From Mobula hypostoma (lineage: Eukaryota), in contig NC_086097.1 in the NCBI RefSeq assembly GCF_963921235.1, forward strand, positions 192,760,001-192,824,000: a stretch of 64,000 nt of DNA, written 5' to 3'. Position 1 is the stretch's first letter; each line of letters opens with the position of its first letter. Under the pieces are notes generated by a model, which had not been told where the DNA came from, searched no databases, and worked only from the letters and a program-made list of their open reading frames with translations. The position numbers and the translations under genes are program-made. Below, one piece after another: positions 39,758 through 52,518 of this stretch.

Positions 39758-40250
39758 TTAGCGGAAGTTTGAGAAGTCGATGTTCATGCCATCAGGTTGG
39801 AGGCTACCCAGACAGAATATAAGTTGTTGTTCCTCCAACCCGAGTGTGGCTTCATCTTTACAGTAGAGGAGGCCGTGGATAGACATGTCAGAATGGGAAT
39901 GGGATCTGGAATTAAAATGTGTGGTCACTGGGAGATCCTGCTTTCTCTGGCAAACAGAGCATAGATGTTCAGCAAAGTGGTCTCCCAGTCTGCGTCGGGT
40001 CTCGCCAATATATAAAAGGCCACATTGGGAGCACCGGACGCAGTATATCACCCCAGCCGACTCACAGGTGAAGTGTTGCCTCACCTGGAAGGACTGTTTG
40101 GGGCCCTGAATGGTGGTAAGGGAGGAAGTGTAGCACTTGTTCCGCTTACACGGATAAGTGCCAGGAGGGAGATCAGTGGGGAGGGATGGGGGGGACGAAC
40201 GGTCAAGGGAGTTGCGTAGGGAGCGATCCCTGCGGAATGCAGAGAGGTGG
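39758..40250 (-). pseudogene. PLE Cys-rich linker and GIY-YIG endonuclease, frameshifted from the RT
   Basis: GTYPCKRNKCYT...FTCESAGVIYCVRCSQCGLLYIGETRRRL...EH: GIY/YIG with CxxC. Frameshift in a G/C run near 40250. Confidence 0.9.
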
Positions 40251-41215
40251 GGGAGGGAAAGATGTGCTTAGTGGTGGGATCCCGTTGGAGGTGGCGGAAG
40301 TTACGGAGAATAATATGTTGGACCCGGAGGCTGGTGGGGTGGTAGGTGAGGACCAGGGGAACCCTATTCCTAGTGGGGTGGCGGGAGGATGGAGTGAGAG
40401 CAGATGTACGTGAAATGGGAGAGATGCGTTTAAGAGCAGAGTTGATAGTGGAGGAAGGGAAGCCCCTTTCTTTAAAAAAGGAAGACATCTCCCTCATCCC
40501 AGAATGAAAAGCCTCATCCTGAGAGCAGATGCGGCGGAGACGGAGGAATTGCGAGAAGGGGATGGCGTTTTTGCAAGAGACAGGGTGAGAAGAGGAATAG
40601 TCCAGATAGCTGTGAGAGTCAGTAGGCTTATAGTAGACATCAGTGGATAAGCTGTCTCCAGAGACAGAGACAGAAAGATTTAGAAAGGGGAGGGAGGTGT
40701 CGGAAATGGACCAGGTAAACGTGAGGGCAGGGTGAAAGTTGGAGGCAAAGTTAATAAAGTCAACGAGTTCTGCATGTGTGCAGGAAGCAGCGCCAATGCA
40801 GTCATCGATGTAGCGAAGGAAAAGTGGGGGACAGATACCAGAATAGGCACGGAACATAGATTGTTCCACAAAGAAAACAAAAAGGCAGGCATAGCTAGGA
40901 CCCATACGGGTGCCCATAGCTACACCTTTAGATTGGAGGAAGTGGGAGGAGCCAAAGGAGAAATTATTAAGAGTAAGGACTAATTCCGCTATACAGAGCA
41001 GAGTGGTGGTAGAGGGGAACTGATTGGGTCTGGAATCCAAAAAGAAGCGTAGAGCTTTGAGACCTTCCTGATGGGGGATGGAAGTACATAGGGACTGAAC
41101 ATCCATGGCGAAAATAAAGCGGTGAGGGCCAGGGAACTTAAAATCATCGAAAAGTTTAAGAGCGTGGGAAGTGTCACGAACATAGGTCGGAAGGGATTGA
41201 ACAAGGGGGGATAAA
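40250..41215 (-). pseudogene. PLE reverse transcriptase, 5'-truncated
   Basis: MDVQSLCTSIP (motif A), GVAMGTRMGPSYA (motif B), RYIDD (motif C), LPFLNL, YYKPTDSHSYL. Confidence 0.92.
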
Positions 41216-41578
41216 ACACCTTATATTCTGTCTGGGTAGCCTCCAACCTGATGGCATGAATATCGACTTCTCTAACTTCCACTAATGCCCCACCTCCCCC
41301 TCGTACCCCATCTGTTACTTATTTTTATACACACATTCTTTCTCTCACTCTCCTTTTTCTCCCTCTGTCCCTCTGAATATACCCCTTGCCCATCCTCTGG
41401 GTACCCCCCCCCCCGTCTTTCTTCCCAGACCTCCTGTCCCATGATCGTCTCGTATCCCTTTTGCCTATCACCTGTCCAGCTCTTGGCTCCATCCCTCCCC
41501 CTCCTGTCTTCTCCTATCATTTTGGATCTCCCCCTCCCCCTCCAACTTTCAAATCCCTTACTCACTCTTCCTTCAATT

Positions 41579-41614
41579 CGTCCTGACGAAGGGTCTCGGC
41601 CTGAAACGTAGACT
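41579..41614 (+). ncRNA. Minimal hammerhead ribozyme motif with a GUA cleavage triplet
   Basis: CGTC-CTGACGA-AGG-GTCTCGG-CCT-GAA-ACGT-A-GACT. Confidence 0.6.
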
Positions 41615-42734
41615 GCACCTCTTCCTGAAGATGCTGCCTGGCCTGCTGCGTTCACCAGCAACTTTTATGTGTGTTGCTTGAATTTCCAGCATCTGCAGAA
41701 TTCCTGTTGTTTGCAGATATGATAGGATCTTTTAAGAGACTCCTGGACAGGTACGTAGAACTCAGAAAAGTAAAGGGCTATGGGTAACCCTAGGTAATTT
41801 CTAAGGTAAGGACATGTTCGGCAAAGCTTTGTGGGCCAAAGGGCCTGTATTGTGATGTAGGTTTTCTATGTTTCTAATAATATATTTTCTGTTACTGCAT
41901 ACGTCTACTTGGGCTTTCTAATTCCTTTATGGTAGAATACTTCATCACTGTAACAACATAAATAGATAAACAAAAAAAAAGTACAATGTGATTTAATGAA
42001 CTACACAAAAGTATCGAATTTATATCTTGAGACTAGTTAGACGTAAACAAGTAAAAATTTAGTGTTACATAGATCATTTGAATTTGATTTAATTAATGAC
42101 TGAAAACTTTGGCAATTTTATAATCACAGATCCATTTACATATTTAATTTTAAAGGTTTAAGGGAGTTTATATCTTTCCTGGTGGTGATTACATATATCT
42201 ATGGCTATTAGGTGCTTTACAAGAAAAAGTGAATAATTAGCCCCTTCTTGCTGAATGCAAAGGAAAAAAAATTAAGCAATCAACCTAGCTCAACAATTAA
42301 CCAAAAGTAAGTTTAATTGTGATGAGCCGCGGGATTCAGGAACTGAAAAGGAAGCACACATCATTTTTCCTGTATGATACTCAACTAGAAGGAAAAAAAG
42401 GTGATATAATAAACACCCAATTAAAATTCAATTCATTAGTTTGAATCCTGAATTTGAAAGCAGTTACTAAAGCAGGTGGTTTGATATGATCTAATATCTC
42501 AGTAAAATATTTGTTAAAGACACAATATATTGTCTTAATGTAACGTGGCAGTCAGATCATCTGCAAAAGGCCTGTCCTTACGGGTATTCCATATTACAAT
42601 ATTGACCTGTAGTATGTGTAACTTGGGCTTTAGTCACACTACTGTTGAAACATTTACAGGAGAAATTTATTTTTTTTGTAAACCTGAGGTTTCATTTTTG
42701 TAGTAGCATTTCATATTGACTCAGAGCTAATAAT

Positions 42735-45118
42735 AAGACCATAAGACCATAAAAATATAAGATATAAGAGTGGAAATTGGGCTATTTGACCGATCGAGTC
42801 TGCTCCCCCATTTCAGCATGGCTGATCCAATTTTCCTCTCAGTCCCATTCTCCTGCCTTCTCCCCATACCCCTTCATTCCCTGACCGATCAAGAGTCTAC
42901 CAACCTCTGCTTTAAATATACATGAAGACTCCGCCTTCACAGCTGCCTGTGGCAAATAATTCCACAGATTCACCGCACTCTGGCTAAAGAAATTCCTCTT
43001 TCTCTCCGTTCTAATAGGACGACCCTCTATTCTGAGGCCATGTCCTTCGGTCTTAGACTCTCCCTCCACAGGGAACAACCTCTCCACATCCACTTTATCA
43101 AGGCCTTTCACCATTTGACAGGTTTCCATGGTGTCACCACTCATTCTTCTAAATTCTTCTGAATACAGGCCCAGAGCCATCAGACACTCTTCATAAGACA
43201 AGTCATTCAACCCTGAAATCATTTTCGTGATCCTCCTTTGAACCCTCCCCAGTTTCAGCATATCATTTCTAAGATAAGAGGCACAAACCTGATCACAATA
43301 TTCCAAGTGAGGCCTCATCAAGGCTTTATAAAGTTTCAAAATTACATCCTTGCTTTTATATTCTAGTTCTCTTGAAATGAATGCTAACATTGCATTTGCC
43401 TTCCTTACCACAGCCTCAACCTGCAAATTAACCTTTAGGGAATCCTGCTCAAGGACTCTGGGGTCCCTTTGCATCTCAGTTTTTTGTATTTTTGCTCCAT
43501 TTAAAAAATAGTCAACCCCCACGTTTCTTCTAGCTTATTGCATGACAATATACTTCCCAACACTGTATTCCATCTACCATTTCTTTGCCCTAATCTGTCT
43601 AAGTCCTTCTGTAGTCTCTCTCCTTCCTCAAAACTATCTGCCCCTCCACCTATTTTCATCTCATCTGAAAACTTTGCAACAAAGCCATCAATTTCAGCAT
43701 CCAAATTATTGTCATATAATATAAAAACAAACATTTGCAACACAGGCCCCTGTGCAGCACCACTAGTCATCAGCAGCCATTCATTAAAGCCTCTCTTTAT
43801 TCTCACTCTTAACCTCCTGTCAATTGGCCATGCTTTATTCATGCTAGAACCTTTCCTGTAATACCACGGGTTATAGCTTGTTAAGCAGCCTCATGTGTGA
43901 TACCTTTTCAAAGGCCTTCTGAAAATCCAAGTACATAGCATCAACTGATTCTCCTTTGTCTATCCTGCTTGTTATTTCTTCAAAGAATTCCAGTAGATTT
44001 ATCAGGCAAGATTTTCCCTTGAGGAAACCATGCTGACTACAGCCTATTTTATTATGTGCCTGCAAATACCTTGACACCTAATCCTTAATAATTAACTTCA
44101 ACATTTTCCCAACCACTGAGGTCAGATAGACTGTCCTATTCTTCCTCTCTCCCTTCTTGAAAAGTGGAGTGGAGTGGCATTTGCAATTTTCAGTCTTCCG
44201 GAACTATTCCAGATACAGTGCTTCTTGAAAGATGATTACTAATGCCTCTATGATCTCTTCAGTCAGCTTGTCCAGAACCATGTGGTGTACTTATCCACCT
44301 TCAGACCTTTCACTTTCTCCCTAGTTATGGTAACCTTCTCCCTAGTTATGGTAACATCACACACTTCATGCCCCCTAACAACTGGAATTTCTACCATACT
44401 GCCAGTGTCTTCCACATTGAAGACTGATGCAAAATACTTATTCAGTTCAACACACACAAAATGCTGAAGGAACTCAGCAGGCCAGGTAGCACCTAGGAAA
44501 AGAGTACAGTCAACATTTCAGGCCAAGTTCCTTCAGCATTTTGTGTGTGTTGCTTGGATTTCCAGCATCTATAGATTTTCTCTTGTTCGTACTTATTCAG
44601 TTCATCCACTATTTTATTGTCCCCCATTACTACCTCTCCAGCAACTTTTTCCAGCAGTCCAATATCCACTCTAGCCTCTCTTTTATACTTTATGTTTCTG
44701 AAGAAACTTTTGGTATCCCCTTTAATATTATTGGCTAGCTTACTTTCATATTCCATCTTTACCTTAATGACTTTTTCAGTTGCCTTCTGTTAATTTTTAA
44801 TAGCTTCCCAATCTTCTAATTTCCCACTAATTTTTGCTGTATTATATGCCTTCTCTTGGGCTTTTATGTTGGCTTTGATCTCTCTTGTTAGCCATGGTTG
44901 TGCCATCTTTTCTTTAGAATACTTCTTCCTCCTTGGGATGTATATATCCTGTGCCTGCCAAATTGCATCCAGAAATTCCAGTCATTGCTGCTCTGCCATC
45001 ATCCCTTCCAGTGCTCTTTTCCAATCAATTCTGGCCAAATTCTCCCTCATGCCTCTGTAACTCCCTTTACTCTGCTGAAATACTGATACATCTGGCATTA
45101 GCTTCTCCTTCTCAAATG
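42735..45118 (-). mobile_element. Decayed CR1 LINE
   Basis: [45 protein letters not shown]; (AGACCATA)n tail at 42735-42751. Confidence 0.9.
44450..44589. mobile_element. 140-bp PLE-terminus mini-element inserted in CR1
   Basis: Perfect 15-bp TSD TACTTATTCAGTTCA (44435-44449, 44590-44604); 27-bp inverted repeat 44448-44474 / 44526-44552 plus a tail. Confidence 0.85.
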
Positions 45119-45751
45119 CTTTAATACTTCATTCAAGTAATGGACTAAGTTTCTTCCTTTGTGGTTGTTGATAATTTTTAGATTTTCCTTTGTGTGAATT
45201 GCTAGTACCCATGAAAATGTACTTCCAAGCGAACTGAAACAAAAGTAACTTGGCAAAATATATATAAAACAAATGTATTTTCATTGATTTAACTGGCAAT
45301 CCTGATGTCTTGTTTATTGCAATGATTTAGGAATGAGGAAGCCAATATACGATTTAGTCTGGCATTTCTAAGAACAGTTTTAAAAAAATAATGTCATGCT
45401 GAATTTTATTTCTGATGCAGTTATTGTTGCTTTGCTATTTATTGTAGAATTCTTTGTAGATCTATAAAATAATGTCACAACTTGTATTAACTAATAGTTA
45501 TTTAACTTAATTTCTAACGTGCTTCTGCATGAACAGCGTTGTATTTCTAATGTAGCTTGATGAGGAAAACAGTACTTGACTCATAATTTTTTGAAGTATA
45601 GAAAATTGCAGTAATGTTGTCATATTACAGTGATATCAAGGAAACTATATTGAAAATGAGATTATTGTGTATAAAACAAATTATATTACTGTTGTATCTG
45701 CCTGTACTTCAACTATATACCATACAAGACACTGCTTCTCAAGCTGGCCCA

Positions 45752-46257
45752 TAAGGTGGAAAAAGAGGAGAGCGGTAGTGATAGGGGACTCGATAGTTAG
45801 AGGTGCAGATAGGAGGTTCTGTGGTCATGACAGAGAATCCAGGATGGTTTGTTGCCTCCCGGGTGCCAGGGTCAAGGATGACTCTGATCGCTTGCACGAC
45901 ATTCTGAAGTGGGAGGGTGATCAGCCAGATGTCATGGTGCATATCGGTACCAATGACATAGCAAGGAAGAGTGAGGAGGTCCTGGAGAGTAAGTTGAAAA
46001 GCAGGACCTCGAGGGTGGTAATCTCAGGATTGCTACCTGTGCTACGTGCCAGTGAGGGTAAGAATAGGATGCTCTGGAGGATGAACAAGTGGCTGAGGAA
46101 CTGGTGTAGGGGGCAGAGTTTCAGATTCCAGGATCATTGGGACCTCTTCTGGGGCAGGTGGGACCTGTACAAGAGAGACAGATTACACTTGAACTGCAAG
46201 GGGACCAATATCCTTTCAGGGAGGTTTGTTAATGCTATTGGGGAGGATTTAAACTAG
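45752..46257 (+). pseudogene. CR1 ORF1 SGNH esterase domain, 5'-truncated
   Basis: VVIGDSIVRG, CLPGA, VHIGTND, DRLHLN. Confidence 0.85.
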
Positions 46258-46306
46258 ATTTGCAGGGGGATGGGAGCCAGAGTGCCAGAGCTGACAGTGG
46301 GCTGGG

Positions 46307-49178
46307 GTGAAAATAAATTATGTTAAAAGTCCAAGCAAAGCCGCAAATAGAAAGGTTGTGAGTGGTGGTAAAAATCTTCTGAGGTGTATATATTTCAATG
46401 CTAGGAGTATTGCGGAGAAGGCAGATGAGTTGAGAGCGTGGATTAACATGTGGAATTATGACGTTATAGCAATTAGTGAAACTTGGCTACAGGAGGGGCA
46501 GCACTGGCAGCTTAATATTCCAGGGTTCCGATGTTTCAGATGTGATAGAGGCAGAGGAATGAAAGGTGGAGGAGTAGCATTGCTTGTCAGGGAAAATGCT
46601 ACAGCAGTGCTCAGGCCGGACAGATTAGAGGGCTTGTCTACTGAGTCCTTATGGGTGGAGCTGAGAAACAGGAAAGGTATGACCACATTAGTGGGGTTGT
46701 ATTATAGCCCACCCAGTAGTCAGCGAGAATTGGAGGAGCAAATCTGCAGAGAGATAGCAGGCAACTGCAGGAAACATAAAGTTGTGGTGGTAGGGGATTT
46801 TAATTTTCCACATATTGATTGGGACTCCCATACTGTTAGGGGTCTAGATAGTTTAGAGTTTGTAAAATGTGTTCAGCAAAGTTTTCTAAATCAATATATA
46901 GAGGTACCAACTGGAGGGGATGCAATATTGGATCTCCTATTAGGAAACGAGTTAGGACAAGTGACGGAAGTCTGTGTAGGGGAGCACTTTGGTTCCAGTG
47001 ATCATAACACCATTAGTTTCAACTTGACCATGGATAAAGATAGATCTGGTCCTAGGGTTGAGGTTCTAAACTGGAAGAAGGCCAAATTTGAAGAAATGAG
47101 AAAGGATCTAAAAAGCATGGATTGGGACAGGTTGTTCTCTGGCAAGGATGTTATCAGTAAGTGGGAAGCCTTCAAAGGAGAAATTTTGCGAGTGCAGAGC
47201 TTGTATGTTCCTGTCAGGATTAAAGACAAAGTGAATAGGAATAAGGAATCTTGGTTCTCAAGGGATATTGCAACTCTGATAAAGAAAAAGAAAGAGTTGT
47301 ATGACATGTATAGGAAACAGAGAGTAAATAAGGTGCTTGAGGAGTATAAAAAGTACAAGAAAATACTTAAGAAGGAAATCAGGAGGGCTAAAAGAAGACA
47401 TGAGGTTGCCTTGGCAGTCAAAGTGATGGATAATCCAAAGAGCTTTTACAGGTATATTAAGACTCAAAGGATTGTAAGGGATAAAATTGGTCCTCTTGAA
47501 GATCAGAGTGGTCGGCTATGTGCGGAACCAAAAGAAATGGGGAGATCTTAAATGGGTTTTTTGCGTCTGTATTTACTAAGGAAACTGGCATGAAGTCTAT
47601 GGAATTAAGGGAAACAAGTAGTGAGATCATGGAAACTGTACAGATTGAAAAGGAGGAGGTGCTTGGTATCTTGAGGCAATTTAAAGTGGATAAATCCCCA
47701 GGACCTGACAAGGGTATTCCCTCGGACCTTGAAGGAGACTAGTGTTGAAATTGCAGGGGCCCTGGCAGATATATTTAAAATGTCGGTGTCTATGGGTGAG
47801 GTGCCGGAGGATTGGAGAATGGCTCATGTTGTTCCGTTGTTTAAAAAAGGATTGAAAAGTAATCCGGGAAATTATAGGCCGGTGAGTTTAACGTCAGTAG
47901 TAGGTAAATTATTGGAGGGAGTACTAAGAGACAGACTCTACAAGCATTTGGATAGATGGAGACTTATTAGGGAGAGTCAACATGGCTTTGTGCATGGTAG
48001 GTCATGTTTGACCAATCTATTGGAGTTTTTTGAGGAGGTTACCAGGAAAGTGGACGAAGGGAAGGCAGTGGATGTTGTCTACATGGACTTCAGTAAGGCC
48101 TTTAACAAGTTCCCGCATGGGATGTTAGTTAGGAAAATTCAGTCGCTAGGTATACATGGAGAGGTGGTAGATTGGATTAGAATGAAAGAATTACAATGGA
48201 AGAAGCCAAAGAGTGGTAGTAGAGGATTGCTTCTCAGAGTGGAGGCCTGTGACTAGTGGTGTGCCACAGGGATCGGTGCTGGATCTATTGTTATTTGTCA
48301 TCTAGATCAATGATCTGGATGATAATGTGGTAAATTGGATCAGCAAATTTGCTGATGGTACAAAGATTGGAGGTGTAGGGGACAGTGAGGAAGGTGTTCA
48401 AAGCTTGCAGAGGGATTTGGACCAGCTGGAAAAATGGCAGATGGAGTTTAATATAGACAAGTGTGAGGTATTGCACTTTGGAAGGACAAACCAAGGTAGA
48501 ACATACAAGGTAAATGGTAAGGCACTGAGGAGTGCAGTAGAACAGAGGGATCTGGGAATACAGATACAAAATTCCCTAAAAGTGGCGTCACAGGTAGACA
48601 GGGTCGTAAAGAGAGCTTTTGGTACATTGGCCTTTATTAATCAAAGTATTGAGTATAAGAGCTGGAATGTTATGATGAGGTTGTATAAGGCATTGGTGAG
48701 GCCGAATCTGGAGTATTGTGTTCAGTTTTGGTCACCAAATTACAGGAAGGATATCAATAAGGTTGAAAGAGTGCAGAGAAGGTTTACAAGGATGTTGCCG
48801 GGACTTGAGAAACTCAGTTACAGAGAAAGGTTGAATAGGTTAGGACTTTATTCCCTGGAGCGTAGAAGAATGAGGGGAGATTTGATAGAGGTACATAAAA
48901 TTATGATGGGTATAAATAGAGTGAATGCAAGCAGGCTTTTTCCACTGAGGCAAGGGGAGAAAAAAACCAGAGGATATGGGTTAAGGGTGAAGGGGGAGAA
49001 GTTTAAAGGGAACATTAGGTGGGGCTTCTTCACACAGAGAGTGGTGGGAGTGTGGAATGAGCTGCCAGATGAAGTGGTAAATGCGGGGTTTTTTTTAACA
49101 TTTAAGAATAAATTGGACAGATACATGGATGGGAGGTTTATGGAGGGATATGGTCCGTGTGCAGGTCAGTGGGACTAG
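46307..49178 (+). pseudogene. CR1 ORF2 (APE endonuclease plus reverse transcriptase), disrupted
   Basis: YFNARSI, ISETWL, GDFN, SDH; NYRPVSLTS, YMDFSKAF; catalytic FADD mutated to FADG. Frameshifts near 47545, 47715 and 48200. Confidence 0.92.
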
Positions 49179-49259
49179 GCAGAAAATGGTTCGGCACAGC
49201 CAAGAAGGGCCAAAAGGCCTGTTTCTGTGCTGTAGTGTTTCTATGGTTTCTAAGATTGA

Positions 49260-49830
49260 CAATGACATTTTTCCACTCCCGCTCTCTGTGTTTTCTGGTG
49301 ACTAATGAGGGCAATGTGGAAACCAGAAACTCTACCTCAGGTGGGTTAAGTGCAGCTAGTGTGACAGGAGGAATGGTGACTTTTGAAAAGATCTACTGTT
49401 TCCATCATTCATGCAGAGTTTCTGTGTACAACTGATGCCTGGATTGGAGGAGGTTCTCAAATTCCTTACAAATGGCCCATTCCATTTTGATTGTCCTTTG
49501 CAAAGATATTCCCAGGAATCAGTGAGGATGGTCCATTTTTTTCAAGAAGGCCTTCAGCATATCCTTGAATCTTTCCTCTGTCCGCAGGTTAATTTCTTCC
49601 CATGACAGAGTTTAAAATAAATAGTCTATTCTGGCAGAATGTAGCCAACCATATGAACTATACGTGCTGTCCAACAAAGCTATCAGGGATATTGGCCTGT
49701 GAGGACACTGACGTTGTTTCCTTTGTCCTTCCAAAGAAGTTGGAGGATTTTACAGAGATTACATTTATGGAATTTTTCAAGTGCTTTGAGATGCCTGGTG
49801 TAGGTAATCAAGGTCCTGCCCTTATTTCTC
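49260..49830 (-). mobile_element. Old RTE-clade LINE 3' remnant
   Basis: Minus-strand GQR.RFKDMLKAFLKK parallels GQKKRYKDCLKASFK of the RTE near 57830. Confidence 0.5.
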
Positions 49831-50399
49831 TGATGCACTATTTATGATAAGCTGTAAACCACGTTAAAACACTGAAGAATAGATTGATTTGTGGCCAAAC
49901 GTAATTCCTATTAATTTAAGCTCAATTATGGTGGCCTCTTCTTGACCTTTAGGTTTCATAGAGTGCACATCCCTAGCTGTAAGCCTGGAGAATATGGGTG
50001 AGGGAGGTATGGATGCTTGTCCCATATGCATTTTATTTCTTTGGCTTTTAATAATAAAAGAGATTACCCTTAGATTCAAAGAGAAGCCTGGACTAATCAG
50101 CGGACATTTGAAATGGCAGGATTCCAATGGCAAGGCAATCTCAGCAGTGTCATTGCTGCTACTGCCTTATCTTTACTGTCTGGAGGGAGTTAAGTATCCC
50201 ACCTTTACTCTGGACAGCGAGTAGGCAAATAACTATCACCAAGTAAAGGAAGGCTGCACTTTAATTTCTGCAGGTCAAAATCTGTGTAACGGAAGTAGTC
50301 ATTAGTTGATAATGTTTATTTATATGCTGTCTCCATGTTAACTTTCCATTATTTATTACACTTGGGAAGGTGCCCTTGAGTTGGCAGAACACTGAGCCT

Positions 50400-51165
50400 C
50401 CCTGTACAAATGCATCCTAAATTTCCTCACTTGCAGACCCCAGTCAGTTTGGATTGGCAACAACATCTACACAATCTTCATCAACACAGGTACACCACAG
50501 ACTATGTGCTGAGGCCCCTGTTCTACTTGCTTCATACTTATAACAGTGAGGTTAAGCCCTGCTCCAATGCCATTTTGCAGTTTGCTAACAACACCACTGT
50601 TGTGGGCCAAATCAAAGTTGGTGATGAATCAGCATGTAGGAGGGAAATTGAAAATTTGACTGAGTGGTGTCTGTCACCACAACAACCTGTCACTCAATGT
50701 CAGCAAGACCAAGGAGCTGATTATTAACTTCAGTACAAAACCGGATGTCCATGAACCAGTCTTCATCTGGGATTCAGAGGCAGATAGGGTCAGCAACTTT
50801 AAATTCCAGGATATTATATTTCCCAGAGGATCCGTCCAGGGCCCAGCATGCAAGTACCATTATGAAGAAAACATGGCAGCGCCTCTACTTTTATAGAAGT
50901 TTGCAAAGATTCAGCATGTCATCTAAAACTCTGACAAAATTGTATAGATGTGCATGGACAGTGTATTGACTGATTGCATCACAGCCTGGTATGGAAACAC
51001 CAATGCCCTTGAATAGAAAACCTACAAGAAGTAGTGAATACAACCCTTCCCACCATTCAACATATCTACATGGAGTGCTGTTGCAGGAAGGCAGTATCCA
51101 TCATCAAGGATCCACCACCATCCAGGTCATGCTCTCTTCTCACTGCTGACATGAGGAAGAAGACC
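50400..51165 (+). mobile_element. Rex1/Babar LINE RT remnant
   Basis: LRPLFYLLHTYN...QFANNTTVVGQI...RREIENLTEWC; homologous to 37986-38429. Confidence 0.75.
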
Positions 51166-52518
51166 ATATTACGTCTGCAATGATGATGTGGTCAACCTGT
51201 TAACTGCTGATAATAGAATCATCTCTTTCAAATGTTGGAGGACTTTGACTTAAATAGGTTTATATGTCTCTCATCTTTATTCAGACCATTCAAAAATCAA
51301 GCTTTGAGGATGTAATTTTATATTAATTGTAATCTTCAGTCAACTAATAGCATTTTCAGCAAATATTAAGAGTGAGCTTTGAAAACTTCACAGGCAATAA
51401 AAGAGATTTAAATTCCAGTAAGAAAGTGAGGAGAGTTTACTTCACTGTCTAGGCGATTATCATGTCCAACAAATTGTTAACCCATTATAAAAAAAAACAT
51501 CCATTCCTAAAGAATTTCTACGATGAGTTTCTGCTTCAAATGGGGAACATTTTAAATATCAAGAACAGCTGAAGTGGGATTACATAACAAGTGAAAACTT
51601 AATTATAACCAGGAGCCACTTCCAATGTGCCCATTTCCATTTCAAGCATTAATTTCTGTTGTGTGTTCACCAGATTGGAGAGGGCATTAGGACAGGCAGA
51701 TTGGTAATTATCACAATATGGAACATCTTTAATAACTGGCAATGAGATGACTTCAATTGAATTAAATAGTATTTTGTCACAGATAAGATCCCAATCTCTC
51801 CAAGGGAGATGCAGGCATGTTATATTTCTAGGGCTTACAACTCCACATCTAAGAGACATCTACTTTTGACCGTCCTCTAATCATCCTGTTTCACCTTTAC
51901 ATTTTCTCCACAAGGACTAAAATAAAAGGATAGTGAGAGATTGAGCTTCATGTATTCTTCCCCACCGATATAATACATTCAGAGAGGGATACAAAAATAC
52001 AGATGTATTCTGAAGAATTAAGTGGATGCATGGGGAGATGATGAAATACACAGAAAGGGAAGAAAGGATCCTGCTAAATTTGACTGTATGTATGAAGAAA
52101 TTATAATGAACGAGAAAGACATGGCTAGCCATTAAAAAGTCTATTTTCAAAATAAGAGGAAACTAAAAGTCCAATGAAAGTAAAAATTATTAACATTTAT
52201 AAATATAAAGTATGAGAAATTATCATTTGACTGGTCATACTTCCTGGAGTTGTAGAAGTAACCACTGCAAAGAGTTGAGATAAATTATTGATGACCCTGC
52301 AAATCTCCCTATGTTTTAAGAACAGAGCCAATGTATTGAAAGAAGGGAAAGAGAACTGAGGGAATTGAAATCATTTAGCCTAGTCTGATCTGTTGGAAAA
52401 ATGTTGAAATCTATCTTTAAAGAAGGAACAAGCTAAATGGAGGGACATGAAGATGGTGGATGGAGTATAAATTGAAGAAATAGATGCCATTAATTTTGGT
52501 CAAATGAATAGCCCAATA

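Larger units (their letters stand above)
39372..41715 (-). mobile_element. Penelope-like retroelement (probably Neptune group), 5'-truncated, with an inverted pLTR
   Basis: RT, GIY-YIG and pLTR on the minus strand; inverted pLTR at about 41215-41715 on the plus strand. TSD GATATGATAG at 39364-39373 and 41716-41725. Confidence 0.95.
38990..41876 (+). mobile_element. CR1 3' fragment split by a PLE insertion
   Basis: ERIQRRFTRMLPGL...LRGDLIEVYK at 39035-39325; resumes at 41726 and ends in a TTTCTATGTTTCTA tail. Confidence 0.9.
45752..49252 (+). mobile_element. Near-full-length CR1 LINE (esterase ORF1 part plus APE-RT ORF2 with frameshifts)
   Basis: See the ORF features below; tail GTTTCTATGGTTTCTA. 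Confidence 0.95.
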
